In this document: positions 20,062-30,049 of the stretch, one piece after another
Position numbering within the stretch: the first letter of the stretch is position 1
Layout: each line of letters starts with the position of its first letter
DNA from: Gammaproteobacteria bacterium
GTDB taxonomy: Bacteria > Pseudomonadota > Gammaproteobacteria > Eutrophobiales > Eutrophobiaceae
DNA: 64,000 bases
Direction of reading: 5' to 3'
NCBI GenBank assembly: GCA_965221695.1
Contig: OZ244905.1
Span: forward strand, 704,001 to 768,000
The notes under the pieces: generated by a model
What the model saw: the letters and a program-made list of their open reading frames with translations, nothing else
Database searches by the model: none
What the model was told of the DNA's origin: nothing
Translations under genes and position numbers: made by a program

Positions 20062-21133
20062 TCCTTGCATTATTTCGCAATTGTTTTGGCGTCACCCCGA
20101 AGAAGTGTTTGACTGCCGCGGTGAAACTGGTCTGGTATTCATAGCCGACGCTCTGGGCCACATCCGTTATCGGCATTTCCGTAGTCTGTAACAACTCCAG
20201 CGCTTTTTGCATACGGTGATAGTTGCGATACTCGTGGATAGTGGCGCCGAATAACAGTTTGAAACCCTGCTTGAACTTGGTCTCATTCAGTCCGACCCGC
20301 CGGGCCAGTTCCCTGATTGTCGGTGGCGGACTGAAGTGTGTTGACAATATATCCCTTGCTTCCTGCAGGCGGGTTTTTTCATAGGAAGACAAGGGCTTGA
20401 GGTTGACATCGCCGTCGATATTTGACGTGCACAGAAACTGCAAGGCATCACATAACAAGTGATATGCCTTCGATTTTGCATGCAACAGGTGAAACCTGCT
20501 GGTGAAGTCGGAGCGAAGAAAACTCGTGATGGAAAACGCCAGGGCCGGATTCAGGTTGATGATTTCATACTCGATCCTGTCGTTTTTACCGTCCAGGAAA
20601 GCACTGATAATGCCCGGCATAACCTTTCTGTCAATACCCAACTGGCGCAGGAATAACGCCGGTTTGCAATAGAGCGTAAACGAGGATTCATGCGCGCCGC
20701 CCACGATCCATTCCTTGCAGCTAAGCCCCGGGGGCAGGTTCCAGATGAGCAATGACGGCCCGCGCACGCTCAACCGGTTTTCAGCGTCAAGCTCCAGTAA
20801 CAGTTCACCGGTGACCTTGAAGTGAAATTCCAGGAACCCCTCACCCAAGACCGTCTCTACCCGGGTTTCCCGGTACTGGAAGTCGGTTGCAATCAGATAC
20901 AGGTCCGGCGAGAGGTGAATGAATTCCCAGTAACCGTAACCCTCCTCGGGCGCAAGCGGGAGCCGGCTGCTGTAAATGACGTTATCATTGTCTTCTACCT
21001 GCGTAACAGCAGGCGCGCGCTTTCCTGAACGGATACACTCGAATGTCTTGACCAGCGAGTTGCTGTCGCCACTCAGCAAGGTCCTCGCCGAAGACGGGTA
21101 ACTCTTCTCAGTGTTGATCCGGATTTCCTGCAT
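20039..21133 (-). CDS. AraC-family transcriptional regulator (PchR/YbtA-like C-terminus)
   Basis: PPTIRELARRVGLNETKFKQGFK..FG and ITDVAQSVGY...SF...K..FGVTP. Start chosen at ATG 21133. The 3' end overlaps the symporter 3' end by 23 bp. Confidence 0.9.
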   Translation of the reverse strand: MQEIRINTEKSYPSSARTLLSGDSNSLVKTFECIRSGKRAPAVTQVEDNDNVIYSSRLPLAPEEGYGYWEFIHLSPDLYLIATDFQYRETRVETVLGEGFLEFHFKVTGELLLELDAENRLSVRGPSLLIWNLPPGLSCKEWIVGGAHESSFTLYCKPALFLRQLGIDRKVMPGIISAFLDGKNDRIEYEIINLNPALAFSITSFLRSDFTSRFHLLHAKSKAYHLLCDALQFLCTSNIDGDVNLKPLSSYEKTRLQEARDILSTHFSPPPTIRELARRVGLNETKFKQGFKLLFGATIHEYRNYHRMQKALELLQTTEMPITDVAQSVGYEYQTSFTAAVKHFFGVTPKQLRNNARTNQPRLR

Positions 21134-21312
21134 AATGTGATAGTTTCTCGGTATCCGGCAAATTGATCGGGAAATCGCACTGTCTAAACTACCCGTACAA
21201 ATGACAGACGTCAAATATTCCGTTGGTAATACAGCAGGCCAACCCTGGCAACAAGCAATGGACACTGTCTTTCTTTATTTTATGATTTATGAACGCAATA
21301 TATGATTACATT

Positions 21313-21331
21313 TGCTATAGTTTCATTAACA
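21313..21331. promoter_or_regulatory. Putative 19-bp operator, site 1
   Basis: Reverse strand reads TGTTAATGAAACTATAGCA; upstream of the VOC gene. Confidence 0.65.
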
Positions 21332-21360
21332 TTTGGAGATTGATTTTCCCAGTATATTAG

Positions 21361-21377
21361 GGAACCTCTGTAGTTCC
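21361..21377. repeat. Degenerate MITE-like element, copy C
   Basis: TAG-GGAACCTCTG-TAGTTCC; left arm identical to the start of copy A. Confidence 0.5.
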
Positions 21378-21435
21378 ATACTGGAATTTAATCTGTCTCT
21401 ATTTCCAAGTTTTATACGTGAGGGTGGATAAGGTA

Positions 21436-21993
21436 GTGAGCAACAACGCAACAGTGAAACGATTATCTCTTGGTCCGGTTATCCATCTTGCTTTTGTCGT
21501 GGAAAACCTTGAGCAAGCTATCAACAACTGGGTACAAGTGGCTGGCGCCGGACCGTTTTTTGTTAAGGAAGATATTGAAATGCACGATGTATATTATCGG
21601 GGTAACCCTGTCTCACCCGATTTCAGGATGCGCTTTGCCATAGGATATCTAGGTGAGATGGGGATAGAACTGATCCAACAACTTACTGACACTCCTTTTG
21701 TTTACAAGGAACTGATTGATAAAAGCGGTGGTGGCTGGCATCACATCTGGCTGAACGCGGACGATTATCATGCCGAAGTGAAAAGACTGGCATCATTGGG
21801 TGGAGAAATAGCAATGGAAGGCGCTTTTAATGATGGAAGTAAATTCTGCTACGTTGATACAACTGCGACTATCGGGGGCATGGTCGAGTTAATGCAGATG
21901 CCAGAACCAATTATTGATGCGATGCATATAATGAAATCCGCACATAAGGAATGGGACGGCCTAGACTCCGCAAGGCCATTCCCGGAAATCTAA
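21436..21993 (+). CDS. VOC/glyoxalase-family protein (methylmalonyl-CoA epimerase-like)
   Basis: IHLAFVV, IELIQ, GWHHI and MVELM metal ligands. Start at GTG 21436 (or 21418). Confidence 0.85.
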   Translation: MSNNATVKRLSLGPVIHLAFVVENLEQAINNWVQVAGAGPFFVKEDIEMHDVYYRGNPVSPDFRMRFAIGYLGEMGIELIQQLTDTPFVYKELIDKSGGGWHHIWLNADDYHAEVKRLASLGGEIAMEGAFNDGSKFCYVDTTATIGGMVELMQMPEPIIDAMHIMKSAHKEWDGLDSARPFPEI

Positions 21994-22092
21994 AGAAGCT
22001 CTGACAAGTCCATCCTGGACCTGCCTGAGCACGCAAAACAAAAAAGTGATTGTTGTTTTGCTCTAAAAATCAATGACTCAATCAGAGTTTCC
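21994..22092. mobile_element. MITE-like element, long form (copy D, ~99 bp)
   Basis: Begins right after the VOC stop TAA. Ends AGAAGCTCTGA and TCAGAGTTTCC-TTAA; internal sequence shared with 29428-29520. Confidence 0.75.
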
Positions 22093-22108
22093 TTAACAGT
22101 TAGCCGGA

Positions 22109-24388
22109 TCAAAAATCGACCTGTAGACTGACCCCCCAATGCCGACGTTGGCTCCACCTTGGCGAAAAAGCCAAAGCAGCATTAGGATCCCCCGAAGCAA
22201 ACCAGAAACCGCCCAGGTCGTTGCTGTACAGGATGTATCTTTCATCCGTCAGGTTCTTACCCCAGACAGATAATGTCCACCGCTCGTCCTTGGTCTGGTA
22301 TTCTATTCGCCCATTGAGAATCCCGTCATTACTCGTTTTAAATGCCGGATCATTGGATATTTCCGTAAAATAATTACTCTTGAACGATACATCGCCGCTG
22401 ATGCTCAATGTTCCACCATGTGCCAACGGCTGGGAATAACTCCCCCAGATAGCGCCCGCATGTTTAGGTGTCAGCGCTGCCCGGTTGCCACCAAAAGCGG
22501 GGTCATCTTTTCCTACCTCACTGTCGGAAAATGCATAATTAAATCCGATATTCAAGTTATCAGAAACCAAAAACAGCCCATCTACTTCCAAGCCATAAAT
22601 TTCCATATCCTCGATGTTAACGGTTGTTGCGGCGCCTGTTGGCAATACAAACGCATTTTGTGCGCCGTCATATTTTGAGTAGTAAAATGATGCGTTCAGA
22701 AGCGCCCTGTTGTCAACAAAATCGGATTTAAAACCAGCCTCATAATTCCAGACATACTCCGGGTCCAGTGGCGTTGAAAGCGTTGCGGCGCCTCGGGTTC
22801 GTGTGGTGGCAAGGTCTGCAAATATCCCTATACCATGGTTGAATGAGCCGCTCTTGAAACCGCGTGAGACCGTTGCATAGGCCATCAGGTCATCACTGAA
22901 ACGATAATCTATGCTTGCTTTTGGCGTGAACGCATCCCAACTTTCACTTAGATCAGTTTCGGGATAAACAGAAAATATCAAGTTGGGATCACCAAAACTG
23001 GAGCCAGTCCCCTCTTTCTTATCCTTTGTCCAACGGCCACCCAGTGTAATACCCATCTGCTCCGTAAGGTAATAGGTGACTTGTCCGAATACAGCGAAAC
23101 TCTCAGTGTCAATCTGCATATCATGTTCTGCAGTCACCGTGGATATGCCGGGTGTTCCAGGAAGAGACGGGCTGAGGCTCAGGTAAAATTGTTGTAAAGA
23201 ATGAAACCTCGTTCCCGGGAAAAAGGTGAATCTTATAGGTTCATATTCAAAATTATCCTGGAAGAAATAATATACACCCAGTGTAAAGTCCCAGCGGTCA
23301 ATATCCGTGGAGACCAGTCGAAGTTCTTGCGAAATTTGCTCAACATCATTATATGGATCATAGTCAACCGCGCCGGGGTACGGAAGACCAACCTGGTCTA
23401 CTCTGCCAAGCTGACTTTCCATCGATCTATAACCTGTTACGGACACGATGTCGGCCCAGTCCATGCTCCAGGTCAGTTTTGAACTTAACGTAAAGTATTC
23501 CGCATCAATGCCACCATCAAATGGCGATGCCGTGGTATTTTCATTATTATCCGGAACAAAATCAGCAAGTTCCGGAACAGCCGTGATGGGCGGGCCTGTA
23601 TAGTCTCTGGTAGGGCCACCGGAATCATCCAATGAATAACTCAGACTCAAAGTCCACTCCAACATATCTGAAGGCTGATACAGTAACTTGCCGCGAATAC
23701 TTTTTTTATCAACAGACTCCGCTCCCTTTCCAGTAAACGTATTTCGCAAGAAGCCATCTGCGTTTTTTGAACTGGCGGCAACAGAAGCAAACAAATTTTC
23801 AGCTACGGGACCGGCCACATATCCATCAAAGTCAATCCTGTCAAAATTCCCCACTGTAGCTCTAACACTGCCCTCAAAAACTTCGGAGGGTTTTTTTGTG
23901 ACAACATTAATTGCCCCACCAACCACATTGCGTCCAAACAATGTGCCTTGCGGCCCGCGTAAAACTTCCAGCCTCTCCACATCGAAAAGATCAGGATTCC
24001 AATCCATTGAACCACCGTAATATATCTCGTCTACAAACAAAGCGACAGACTGGTCCCCACCCGGTGTTGTATTGTTTGATGAAGAGCCTCTCAAAGCAGG
24101 TGTGACTCTTTGATGACTTGTCGAGTTTATATTAAAGGTTGGCACAATAGTGGATAGATCCTGCACCGTACTTATACGTTGCTTTTCAAGCTGGACCCCA
24201 CTGAATACGGCAACTGATGAGGGCACATCCTGAATATTTTCTTCCCGTTTTTGCGCAGTAACTACCAGTTCCTCAATGACTACGTTTTGAGCATAAGCGG
24301 TGTTGATAAGCATAATTGCCAGCAAATACGAAATCAGTAGTGAACTGTAGCGCCAGAGATGCTTGGTTTGTTCGTTGGTTGTAACCAT
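22109..24388 (-). CDS. TonB-dependent receptor
   Basis: IEELVVTAQKRE, DVERLEVLRGPQGTLFGRNVVGGA, C-terminal F. ATG 24388 follows a GGGGG RBS. Confidence 0.93.
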   Translation of the reverse strand: MVTTNEQTKHLWRYSSLLISYLLAIMLINTAYAQNVVIEELVVTAQKREENIQDVPSSVAVFSGVQLEKQRISTVQDLSTIVPTFNINSTSHQRVTPALRGSSSNNTTPGGDQSVALFVDEIYYGGSMDWNPDLFDVERLEVLRGPQGTLFGRNVVGGAINVVTKKPSEVFEGSVRATVGNFDRIDFDGYVAGPVAENLFASVAASSKNADGFLRNTFTGKGAESVDKKSIRGKLLYQPSDMLEWTLSLSYSLDDSGGPTRDYTGPPITAVPELADFVPDNNENTTASPFDGGIDAEYFTLSSKLTWSMDWADIVSVTGYRSMESQLGRVDQVGLPYPGAVDYDPYNDVEQISQELRLVSTDIDRWDFTLGVYYFFQDNFEYEPIRFTFFPGTRFHSLQQFYLSLSPSLPGTPGISTVTAEHDMQIDTESFAVFGQVTYYLTEQMGITLGGRWTKDKKEGTGSSFGDPNLIFSVYPETDLSESWDAFTPKASIDYRFSDDLMAYATVSRGFKSGSFNHGIGIFADLATTRTRGAATLSTPLDPEYVWNYEAGFKSDFVDNRALLNASFYYSKYDGAQNAFVLPTGAATTVNIEDMEIYGLEVDGLFLVSDNLNIGFNYAFSDSEVGKDDPAFGGNRAALTPKHAGAIWGSYSQPLAHGGTLSISGDVSFKSNYFTEISNDPAFKTSNDGILNGRIEYQTKDERWTLSVWGKNLTDERYILYSNDLGGFWFASGDPNAALAFSPRWSQRRHWGVSLQVDF

Positions 24389-24434
24389 GAATACCCCCAA
24401 TCAGGTAGATTCGTCGAAGAGTCCGCATTGAATA

Positions 24435-24459
24435 AGTTAATGTAATGGTAATAATAACA
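24435..24459. promoter_or_regulatory. Putative 19-bp operator, site 2 (two overlapping registers)
   Basis: AGTTAATGTAATGGTAATA (24435-24453) or TGTAATGGTAATAATAACA (24441-24459), upstream of the TonB receptor. Confidence 0.6.
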
Positions 24460-24577
24460 TATTAATTGTTACAGTCAAGATTTTTTGTTCTGGGATTTGA
24501 TGGCCTGAATTGTTGGGTAACTGCTGGCCGACTATGTGTTACAGCCTGGAAAGAATGGGGGGGTCGGGACGGTTATA

Positions 24578-25693
24578 TCATCGCCTGGTGACACTGACTC
24601 CCTGATGTATCATTGATTGCACTGCCCCTTTATGAAACGAATAAGGTGTCATATCCGGTATTGAGCTTGCTTGATTAAGCAACTGCACCTGTTCATGGTC
24701 AAGTTCAAACTCCAGCGCTAACAGGTTTTCATTTAATTGTTTAATCGTCCTGGCGCCAATGACGGCTGAGGTCACGGTCGTGTGTTTGATCAGCCAGTTC
24801 AGCGCGATTTGCGACGGAGTTTGTCCTTTTTCCTCTGCGATTGATATGAGTTGGTTTACAATGTTCACACTCCTTTTTGCTAGCGGGTCAACCCCCGGGT
24901 CTGTCACCCAGGTTTTGGTTAATCTGCCTTCACCTGTAATCCCCCCTTTCCCATCCGGCCGATATTTTCCTGATAACAACCCGTTTGCCAGCGGACTCCA
25001 CGCATTTAAAGCCACACCCAGGTGCGCGCAGGCTTCGACGTATTCATATTCCGCATCCCGGACGACCAGAGAATATTCATTTTGTATTGCGGCCGGCCGT
25101 TCATAGTTATTGCATTCTGCCAAAGTGCAGGCGCGTGCCAAGTACCAGGCAGGACAATTGGAAAAACCATAATGACGAATCTTACCTTGCGATACCAGAT
25201 TATTCAGCGTGCTGACGACTTCTTCAACCGGAGTTACGGTATCCCAATGATGCATCATGTAAAGGTCAAGGTAGTCTGTTCCAAATCTCTGCAAGGAGGC
25301 CTCAAGCGCCTGAATAATATGCTTTCTCCCGTTTCCTCCGGCATTCGGATCACCCGGACATGTCGATTGGGTTCCTTTTGATGAAAGAACGACCTGTTCT
25401 CTTACCTTCAATTCTCTTACAAACTTGCCCAGCCAGACCTCGCTTTCACCGTTTTGATATACATCGGCAGTGTCAAGGAAATTTCCACCGGCATCAATAT
25501 ATCGTTCCAAAATCTGACGCGCCTCTTGTTCCCCTGATGACCAGTCCTTACCCCATGCGGAACCGAACGTGCCGGCGCCAAATGCAAGCGGAGATACCCG
25601 CAAGCCGGTCCTGCCTAACAACCGGTATGAAGTGAGGGACTGAATTCGATTCCCTAAATTCATCCCGGTATCATAGGGGTTTACATCTGCCAT
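24578..25693 (-). CDS. Aldo/keto reductase
   Basis: LGRTGLRVS, GGNFLDTADVY..GESE, DYLDLY..H.WD and WSPLA.GLLSGKY motifs. Confidence 0.92.
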   Translation of the reverse strand: MADVNPYDTGMNLGNRIQSLTSYRLLGRTGLRVSPLAFGAGTFGSAWGKDWSSGEQEARQILERYIDAGGNFLDTADVYQNGESEVWLGKFVRELKVREQVVLSSKGTQSTCPGDPNAGGNGRKHIIQALEASLQRFGTDYLDLYMMHHWDTVTPVEEVVSTLNNLVSQGKIRHYGFSNCPAWYLARACTLAECNNYERPAAIQNEYSLVVRDAEYEYVEACAHLGVALNAWSPLANGLLSGKYRPDGKGGITGEGRLTKTWVTDPGVDPLAKRSVNIVNQLISIAEEKGQTPSQIALNWLIKHTTVTSAVIGARTIKQLNENLLALEFELDHEQVQLLNQASSIPDMTPYSFHKGAVQSMIHQGVSVTRR

Positions 25694-25741
25694 TTTGGCC
25701 CCATTACTGATGTGTCAGACAGGTTATGTTTCGCTAAACCG

Positions 25742-27232
25742 TTAAGAAGACAGGTCAAGCCAGATTGTTTTGGTTTGCGTGTAACTTTCCAGAGCCTCAC
25801 CACCTTGCTCCCTGCCGATTCCAGACTGCTTGAACCCACCAAACGGCGCAGAAGGATCATAACGATGCCAGCAATTTAGCCATAAGGTTCCTGCTTTGAT
25901 TAACTGAGCCGCCCGAATCGCCTTTGCCGCATCTCGTGTCTGTACACCTGCCGCTAATCCATACGGTGAATCATTGGCGATTCGAATCGCGTCATCAAAA
26001 TCATCGAAAGCCACCGCTGTGAGTACCGGTCCGAATATTTCTTCTCGAGCAATGGTAACGTCGTTTGATGGCGCTGCAAATAAGGTCGGTTTAATAAAAT
26101 AACCTTTACCGTTAACTTTTGTTGTTTCGCCTCCGGTCAAGGCATCGCCGCATTCTTCCCTTCCCCTTTCGAGAAAAGAAATGACATTGTTATATTCGAT
26201 TTCGCCGGCCATGGGACCATAGTCTGAGCTGAGGTCCAGCGGATCTCCTACTTGAATAGACTCGGCCAGATTCACCATCTTATCCATAAATTTGTCGAAA
26301 ATTGAACGTTCGACAAGCAGACGAGAACCTGCTACACATACCTCTCCTTTATTCCAGTAAATTCCCAGATAAGCATTGAATGCCGCCTTATCGAGGTCTG
26401 CATCGGCAAATACAATATTGGGTGATTTGCCACCCAATTCAGCAGTGATATGTTTAAGCGTGCCTGCCCCGTCCCGTATGATCTGCTTGCCGGTTTCGGT
26501 TGAGCCTGTCACCGCGATTTTATCAACACCCGGATGTGTCACCAGCGCTTTTCCTATTACACTGCCTTGCCCGGTCAGCAGATTATAGACTCCATCAGGG
26601 ACACCGGCCTCAAGCATAATCTCTGCCAATGAAATCGCGGTCAGAGGTGTGGTGGTAGCGGGTTTGTGAATAATGCAATTCCCGGCCGCAAATGCGGGGG
26701 CAATTTTACTGACAGACAAAATAAGCGGGAAGTTGAATGGTGTAATTGCCGCAACCACCCCGAGAGGTTCACGCCGTGTAAATGCCAAGCTTGCCTGATG
26801 CCCTTCAGTCGGTTTGACAGCGCCCTCTATCTTGGTTGCGAAACCGGCGAAATACCTAAACAGTTTTGCGCAGAACGGAACATCAATCCCAACAGCATCC
26901 TTATACAATTTCCCCATGTCCAACGCCTCACGGTATGCCAACTCGTTTGCCCGTTCCTCCATAAGATCCGCAATCCGATTCATAATTATCGCCCGTTCAG
27001 AACCAGGCATTTTCCCCCACGGCCCATGGTCGAACGCTTTTCGCGCGCTATTCACCGCATCGTCCACATCGGAACGGGTAGCTTTTGCCACCTCGGTAAT
27101 AATTTCCTCATTCGTGGGGTTAAATGTGGGGAAAGCGCTACCATCCGATGACTCTCGCCATTTTCCATCAATATATAATTGACCTGGATTAACTTCCACG
27201 GGTTGGGGTGAGGGGACCTGTAACGGCAGCAT
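25742..27232 (-). CDS. Aldehyde dehydrogenase
   Basis: ITPFNFP, TGST..G, ELGGK, GEVC, EEIFGPV; AGGAGG RBS. Confidence 0.95.
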   Translation of the reverse strand: MLPLQVPSPQPVEVNPGQLYIDGKWRESSDGSAFPTFNPTNEEIITEVAKATRSDVDDAVNSARKAFDHGPWGKMPGSERAIIMNRIADLMEERANELAYREALDMGKLYKDAVGIDVPFCAKLFRYFAGFATKIEGAVKPTEGHQASLAFTRREPLGVVAAITPFNFPLILSVSKIAPAFAAGNCIIHKPATTTPLTAISLAEIMLEAGVPDGVYNLLTGQGSVIGKALVTHPGVDKIAVTGSTETGKQIIRDGAGTLKHITAELGGKSPNIVFADADLDKAAFNAYLGIYWNKGEVCVAGSRLLVERSIFDKFMDKMVNLAESIQVGDPLDLSSDYGPMAGEIEYNNVISFLERGREECGDALTGGETTKVNGKGYFIKPTLFAAPSNDVTIAREEIFGPVLTAVAFDDFDDAIRIANDSPYGLAAGVQTRDAAKAIRAAQLIKAGTLWLNCWHRYDPSAPFGGFKQSGIGREQGGEALESYTQTKTIWLDLSS

Positions 27233-27343
27233 TGCAATTCCTCCTGGTAAATGTATTACCGCATGATGCGGGATATCACGTTATGGGCATGGGCGCTATC
27301 TTGGTCTAACTGTATCGGGTCTGACGGCGCTCAAGGCTTAATA

Positions 27344-27362
27344 TGTTATTGTTAATATAACA
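27344..27362. promoter_or_regulatory. Putative 19-bp operator, site 3
   Basis: TGTTATTGTTAATATAACA, upstream of the ALDH-AKR unit. Confidence 0.65.
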
Positions 27363-27422
27363 TATGTATTTTAAATTGATACATCCCGCCACACAAATTT
27401 TTGAGGATAGCCAAATTGGCAT

Positions 27423-27734
27423 TTAATCTGCTACTTCATTGAGCAGCAGCGGATCACAAAATTGCGGGAATCTGGGATGGGCGACCAACGGTTCCAGGTC
27501 GATTTTGCTCATATACTTATAAAGCGGCATTTTCCTGATTTGTTCCATTACCTCTTCATGACTATCCATGTTCCAGATTGCTACAACACCTTTGGCATTG
27601 GCCTTTCTCCATATGCCGAGCATCTTTCCATTTTTAACCATGGAAGTTGTTTGTTCCCATTCCCGAGGAAAAATTTCCTCTAGCGGTTCGGTAATTAGAT
27701 TGTAGTCCAGATCAACATTAAGAAGATAAATCAT
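27423..27734 (-). CDS. Muconolactone delta-isomerase-family protein
   Basis: RE......G....IWR......V.IW..DSHEE.......MPLY.YM.....PL..HP pattern. Confidence 0.8.
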   Translation of the reverse strand: MIYLLNVDLDYNLITEPLEEIFPREWEQTTSMVKNGKMLGIWRKANAKGVVAIWNMDSHEEVMEQIRKMPLYKYMSKIDLEPLVAHPRFPQFCDPLLLNEVAD

Positions 27735-27831
27735 CAGTGAAACTCCTGCCTGGTAGAGAGTCAGGATTACATTGGCACTTCGAGTTGGACATATTGTCCT
27801 TCAAACATTTATTGGCTCCTGTACAGAAAAA

Positions 27832-28611
27832 TTACTCTGCAGAAAATGCGCCCTCAACATACTGTTCGGGATTCCATACATTAAATCCGCCATCCACATC
27901 GATAAATACACCTGTCATATAGCGATTTGTCATACAGAACAGGTAGCTCGGCGCTATATCTCTTGCCGTAGCGACAAATTTAACCGGCAGTTTTTGTTCA
28001 AAGTGTTTAATCATGCCTTCAAGAGCAGCATCGGGGACATTATCGTAGGTCTCAGTACCCTGGGTGAGACCTGGAGAGATAACGTTGATACGCTTAGGGC
28101 CTATTTCTACTGCGACTTTGCGCGCAAAGGCCTCTACCGCGCTGTTATTTCCAGCCAGCAGGCTGTGGTTCGGGACATAGCCTCGAGCAACGACGCCCGA
28201 GGTCAGCACTATGGAACCATGCGAAGACAAGTGCGGAACAGCGAACTTTGTGCATATAAACTTAGCCCAGAATCGGGACTTGAAGTAGATTGCTGCCTGA
28301 TCCAGGTCTATTTCCTCCAGTAAGCGCATCGCGCCGCTTAACGCGTCCCCTGAGTCATGGGTGGTAACAACCATGTGATCAATAGCGCCAAGTTTACTCA
28401 ACATCGCCTGGACTGAAGCCGGATCGGTAGCATCTACCTGTGCGATGGATGTCTTTCCTCCCAGCCGTGTTTTTGCAGCTTCGAGCTTTTCCATATTACG
28501 GCTTGCAATAATGACCTCCGCGCCTTGTGCCAGTGCAGCCTCAGCCACGGCATAGCCTATGCCACTTCTGCCACCGACGACTAACACTCGCTGATTTTTT
28601 AAATTACTCAT
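27832..28611 (-). CDS. Atypical short-chain dehydrogenase/reductase (paralog 1)
   Basis: GGRSGIG, LTSG, RINVISPG, TG..IDVDGG; lacks YxxxK. Confidence 0.88.
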   Translation of the reverse strand: MSNLKNQRVLVVGGRSGIGYAVAEAALAQGAEVIIASRNMEKLEAAKTRLGGKTSIAQVDATDPASVQAMLSKLGAIDHMVVTTHDSGDALSGAMRLLEEIDLDQAAIYFKSRFWAKFICTKFAVPHLSSHGSIVLTSGVVARGYVPNHSLLAGNNSAVEAFARKVAVEIGPKRINVISPGLTQGTETYDNVPDAALEGMIKHFEQKLPVKFVATARDIAPSYLFCMTNRYMTGVFIDVDGGFNVWNPEQYVEGAFSAE

Positions 28612-28670
28612 TCTATGTACGCTCCCGTTGGTTGTTACGATTGATATCAAATGCCTGGATTGTGTGTCGG

Positions 28671-29408
28671 TTACCAGACATTGTTCCCGCCATCGATGTC
28701 AACCCACGCGCCGGACAATTGTCGTGAGGTCATTGCAAACAAATAGGCTTCAGCAACGTCTGCCGGTGTGGCCACTTCCTTTACAGGCAGTTTTTCCGCG
28801 AAATGCTGAAAGTAAACATCACGGTCTTTTTTTGGAATACCATCAAAAGCTGGTGTGTCAGTCAGACTGGGGACTATAGCGTTTACTCGCACAGGACCAA
28901 ATTCGTGGGCTGCTTTTTTCACGAAACCTTCAACAGCACAGTTAACAGGACCCATGATGCCGTGTTTTTCCAACCATATACGACTGGCGCAACCGGAAGT
29001 CAACGTGATAGAACCTCGTTTGTTGAGGTGCGGAAGCGCATAGCGGCTGGCTAACACAGGTCCCCAGAATTTTGCCTCCATAAATTCACGGGAGGCCGTA
29101 ATATCAAGATCAACGATATCACGGAACACGCCGGGCACAACTTCGGATGAGGTGCCATGAGATGTGCATACCAGGTGGTCAAACTGACCTATTTGTGCAA
29201 AAAAGTCGGGCAGAATATCGAAATTTGTGACATCAAGTTGTTTGTATGAAGCATTCTCGCCAACTTCTGCGGCCGCCCGCTTCATGCGTGCAATGTTGCG
29301 GCTGGCGATAATAACAGACGCCCCCTGTTGATGAGCCAGGTTGGCGACAGCAAGGCCAATGCCGCTGCTACCACCTATGACAACAACTTTTTGATTTTGA
29401 AGTTTCAT
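28671..29408 (-). CDS. Atypical SDR (paralog 2)
   Basis: GGSSGIG, ITLTSG, RVNAIVP, DIDGG; lacks YxxxK. Confidence 0.88.
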   Translation of the reverse strand: MKLQNQKVVVIGGSSGIGLAVANLAHQQGASVIIASRNIARMKRAAAEVGENASYKQLDVTNFDILPDFFAQIGQFDHLVCTSHGTSSEVVPGVFRDIVDLDITASREFMEAKFWGPVLASRYALPHLNKRGSITLTSGCASRIWLEKHGIMGPVNCAVEGFVKKAAHEFGPVRVNAIVPSLTDTPAFDGIPKKDRDVYFQHFAEKLPVKEVATPADVAEAYLFAMTSRQLSGAWVDIDGGNNVW

Positions 29409-29427
29409 AGTTCTACGATTGAATTTA

Positions 29428-29578
29428 AGAAGCTCTGAACAAGTCCATCCTGGACTTGTCAGAGCACGGAAAACAAAAATGTGATTTTTGTTTTCCTCAC
29501 AAAATCAATGCCTTACAGTCATTGATTTTGACGATACATCCTTGTATCGTAGGAAACTCTGACTTAATCAGAGTTTAC
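29428..29578. mobile_element. MITE-like element, long form ending in a short copy (copy E)
   Basis: AGAAGCTCTGAACAAGTCCATCCTGGAC... matches copy D; ends in GGAAACTCTGA-CTTAA-TCAGAGTTTAC-TTAA. Confidence 0.75.
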
Positions 29579-29996
29579 TTAAACTGATGTCTGCGGGTGG
29601 CGAGCCACCATATAGTAAATACATTGTTTCTTTTCCGGTGTTTAACATACGGTGTTCAATAACACCGGGTGGCATAAATATACAATCGCCGGTAGTTACC
29701 GGTTCCTCAAACAGTTTGCTGTTTTCATCTTCCCGCCACTGCATTACGCCGGAACCTCGGTGTACGAAGTAAAATTCTTCGAATTCCGGTGCATAGTTAA
29801 TTTTGATATTCCCATGCACCTCCTCTTGATGCCGGTGAAAGACATGAGGAAAATCACCGGGCGGTATCTCCGCCATCCCGCAGAAGAAAGCTTTTGATCC
29901 GGTATTTTCGGGGTAAACCAGCTTTTTTATCTTGCCTTCCCCATGCAGGTTATGCGGAATACCGTCTGTATATTTCACAATCTTTGGAATAATCAT
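29568..29996 (-). CDS. Cupin-domain protein
   Basis: HRH..., EEFYFV.RGSG and GDCIFMPPG..HR..N motifs. Confidence 0.85.
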   Translation of the reverse strand: MIIPKIVKYTDGIPHNLHGEGKIKKLVYPENTGSKAFFCGMAEIPPGDFPHVFHRHQEEVHGNIKINYAPEFEEFYFVHRGSGVMQWREDENSKLFEEPVTTGDCIFMPPGVIEHRMLNTGKETMYLLYGGSPPADISLSKL

Positions 29997-30049
29997 GATC
30001 TGACGTTACCTTAGAAACTTCAACGACTTATTGGTTGAGATTGTACTGC

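Noticed and set aside
27423-27734. Catechol ortho-cleavage operon (catC)
   Set aside because: No catA, catB or catD in the window, so the gene symbol was withheld.
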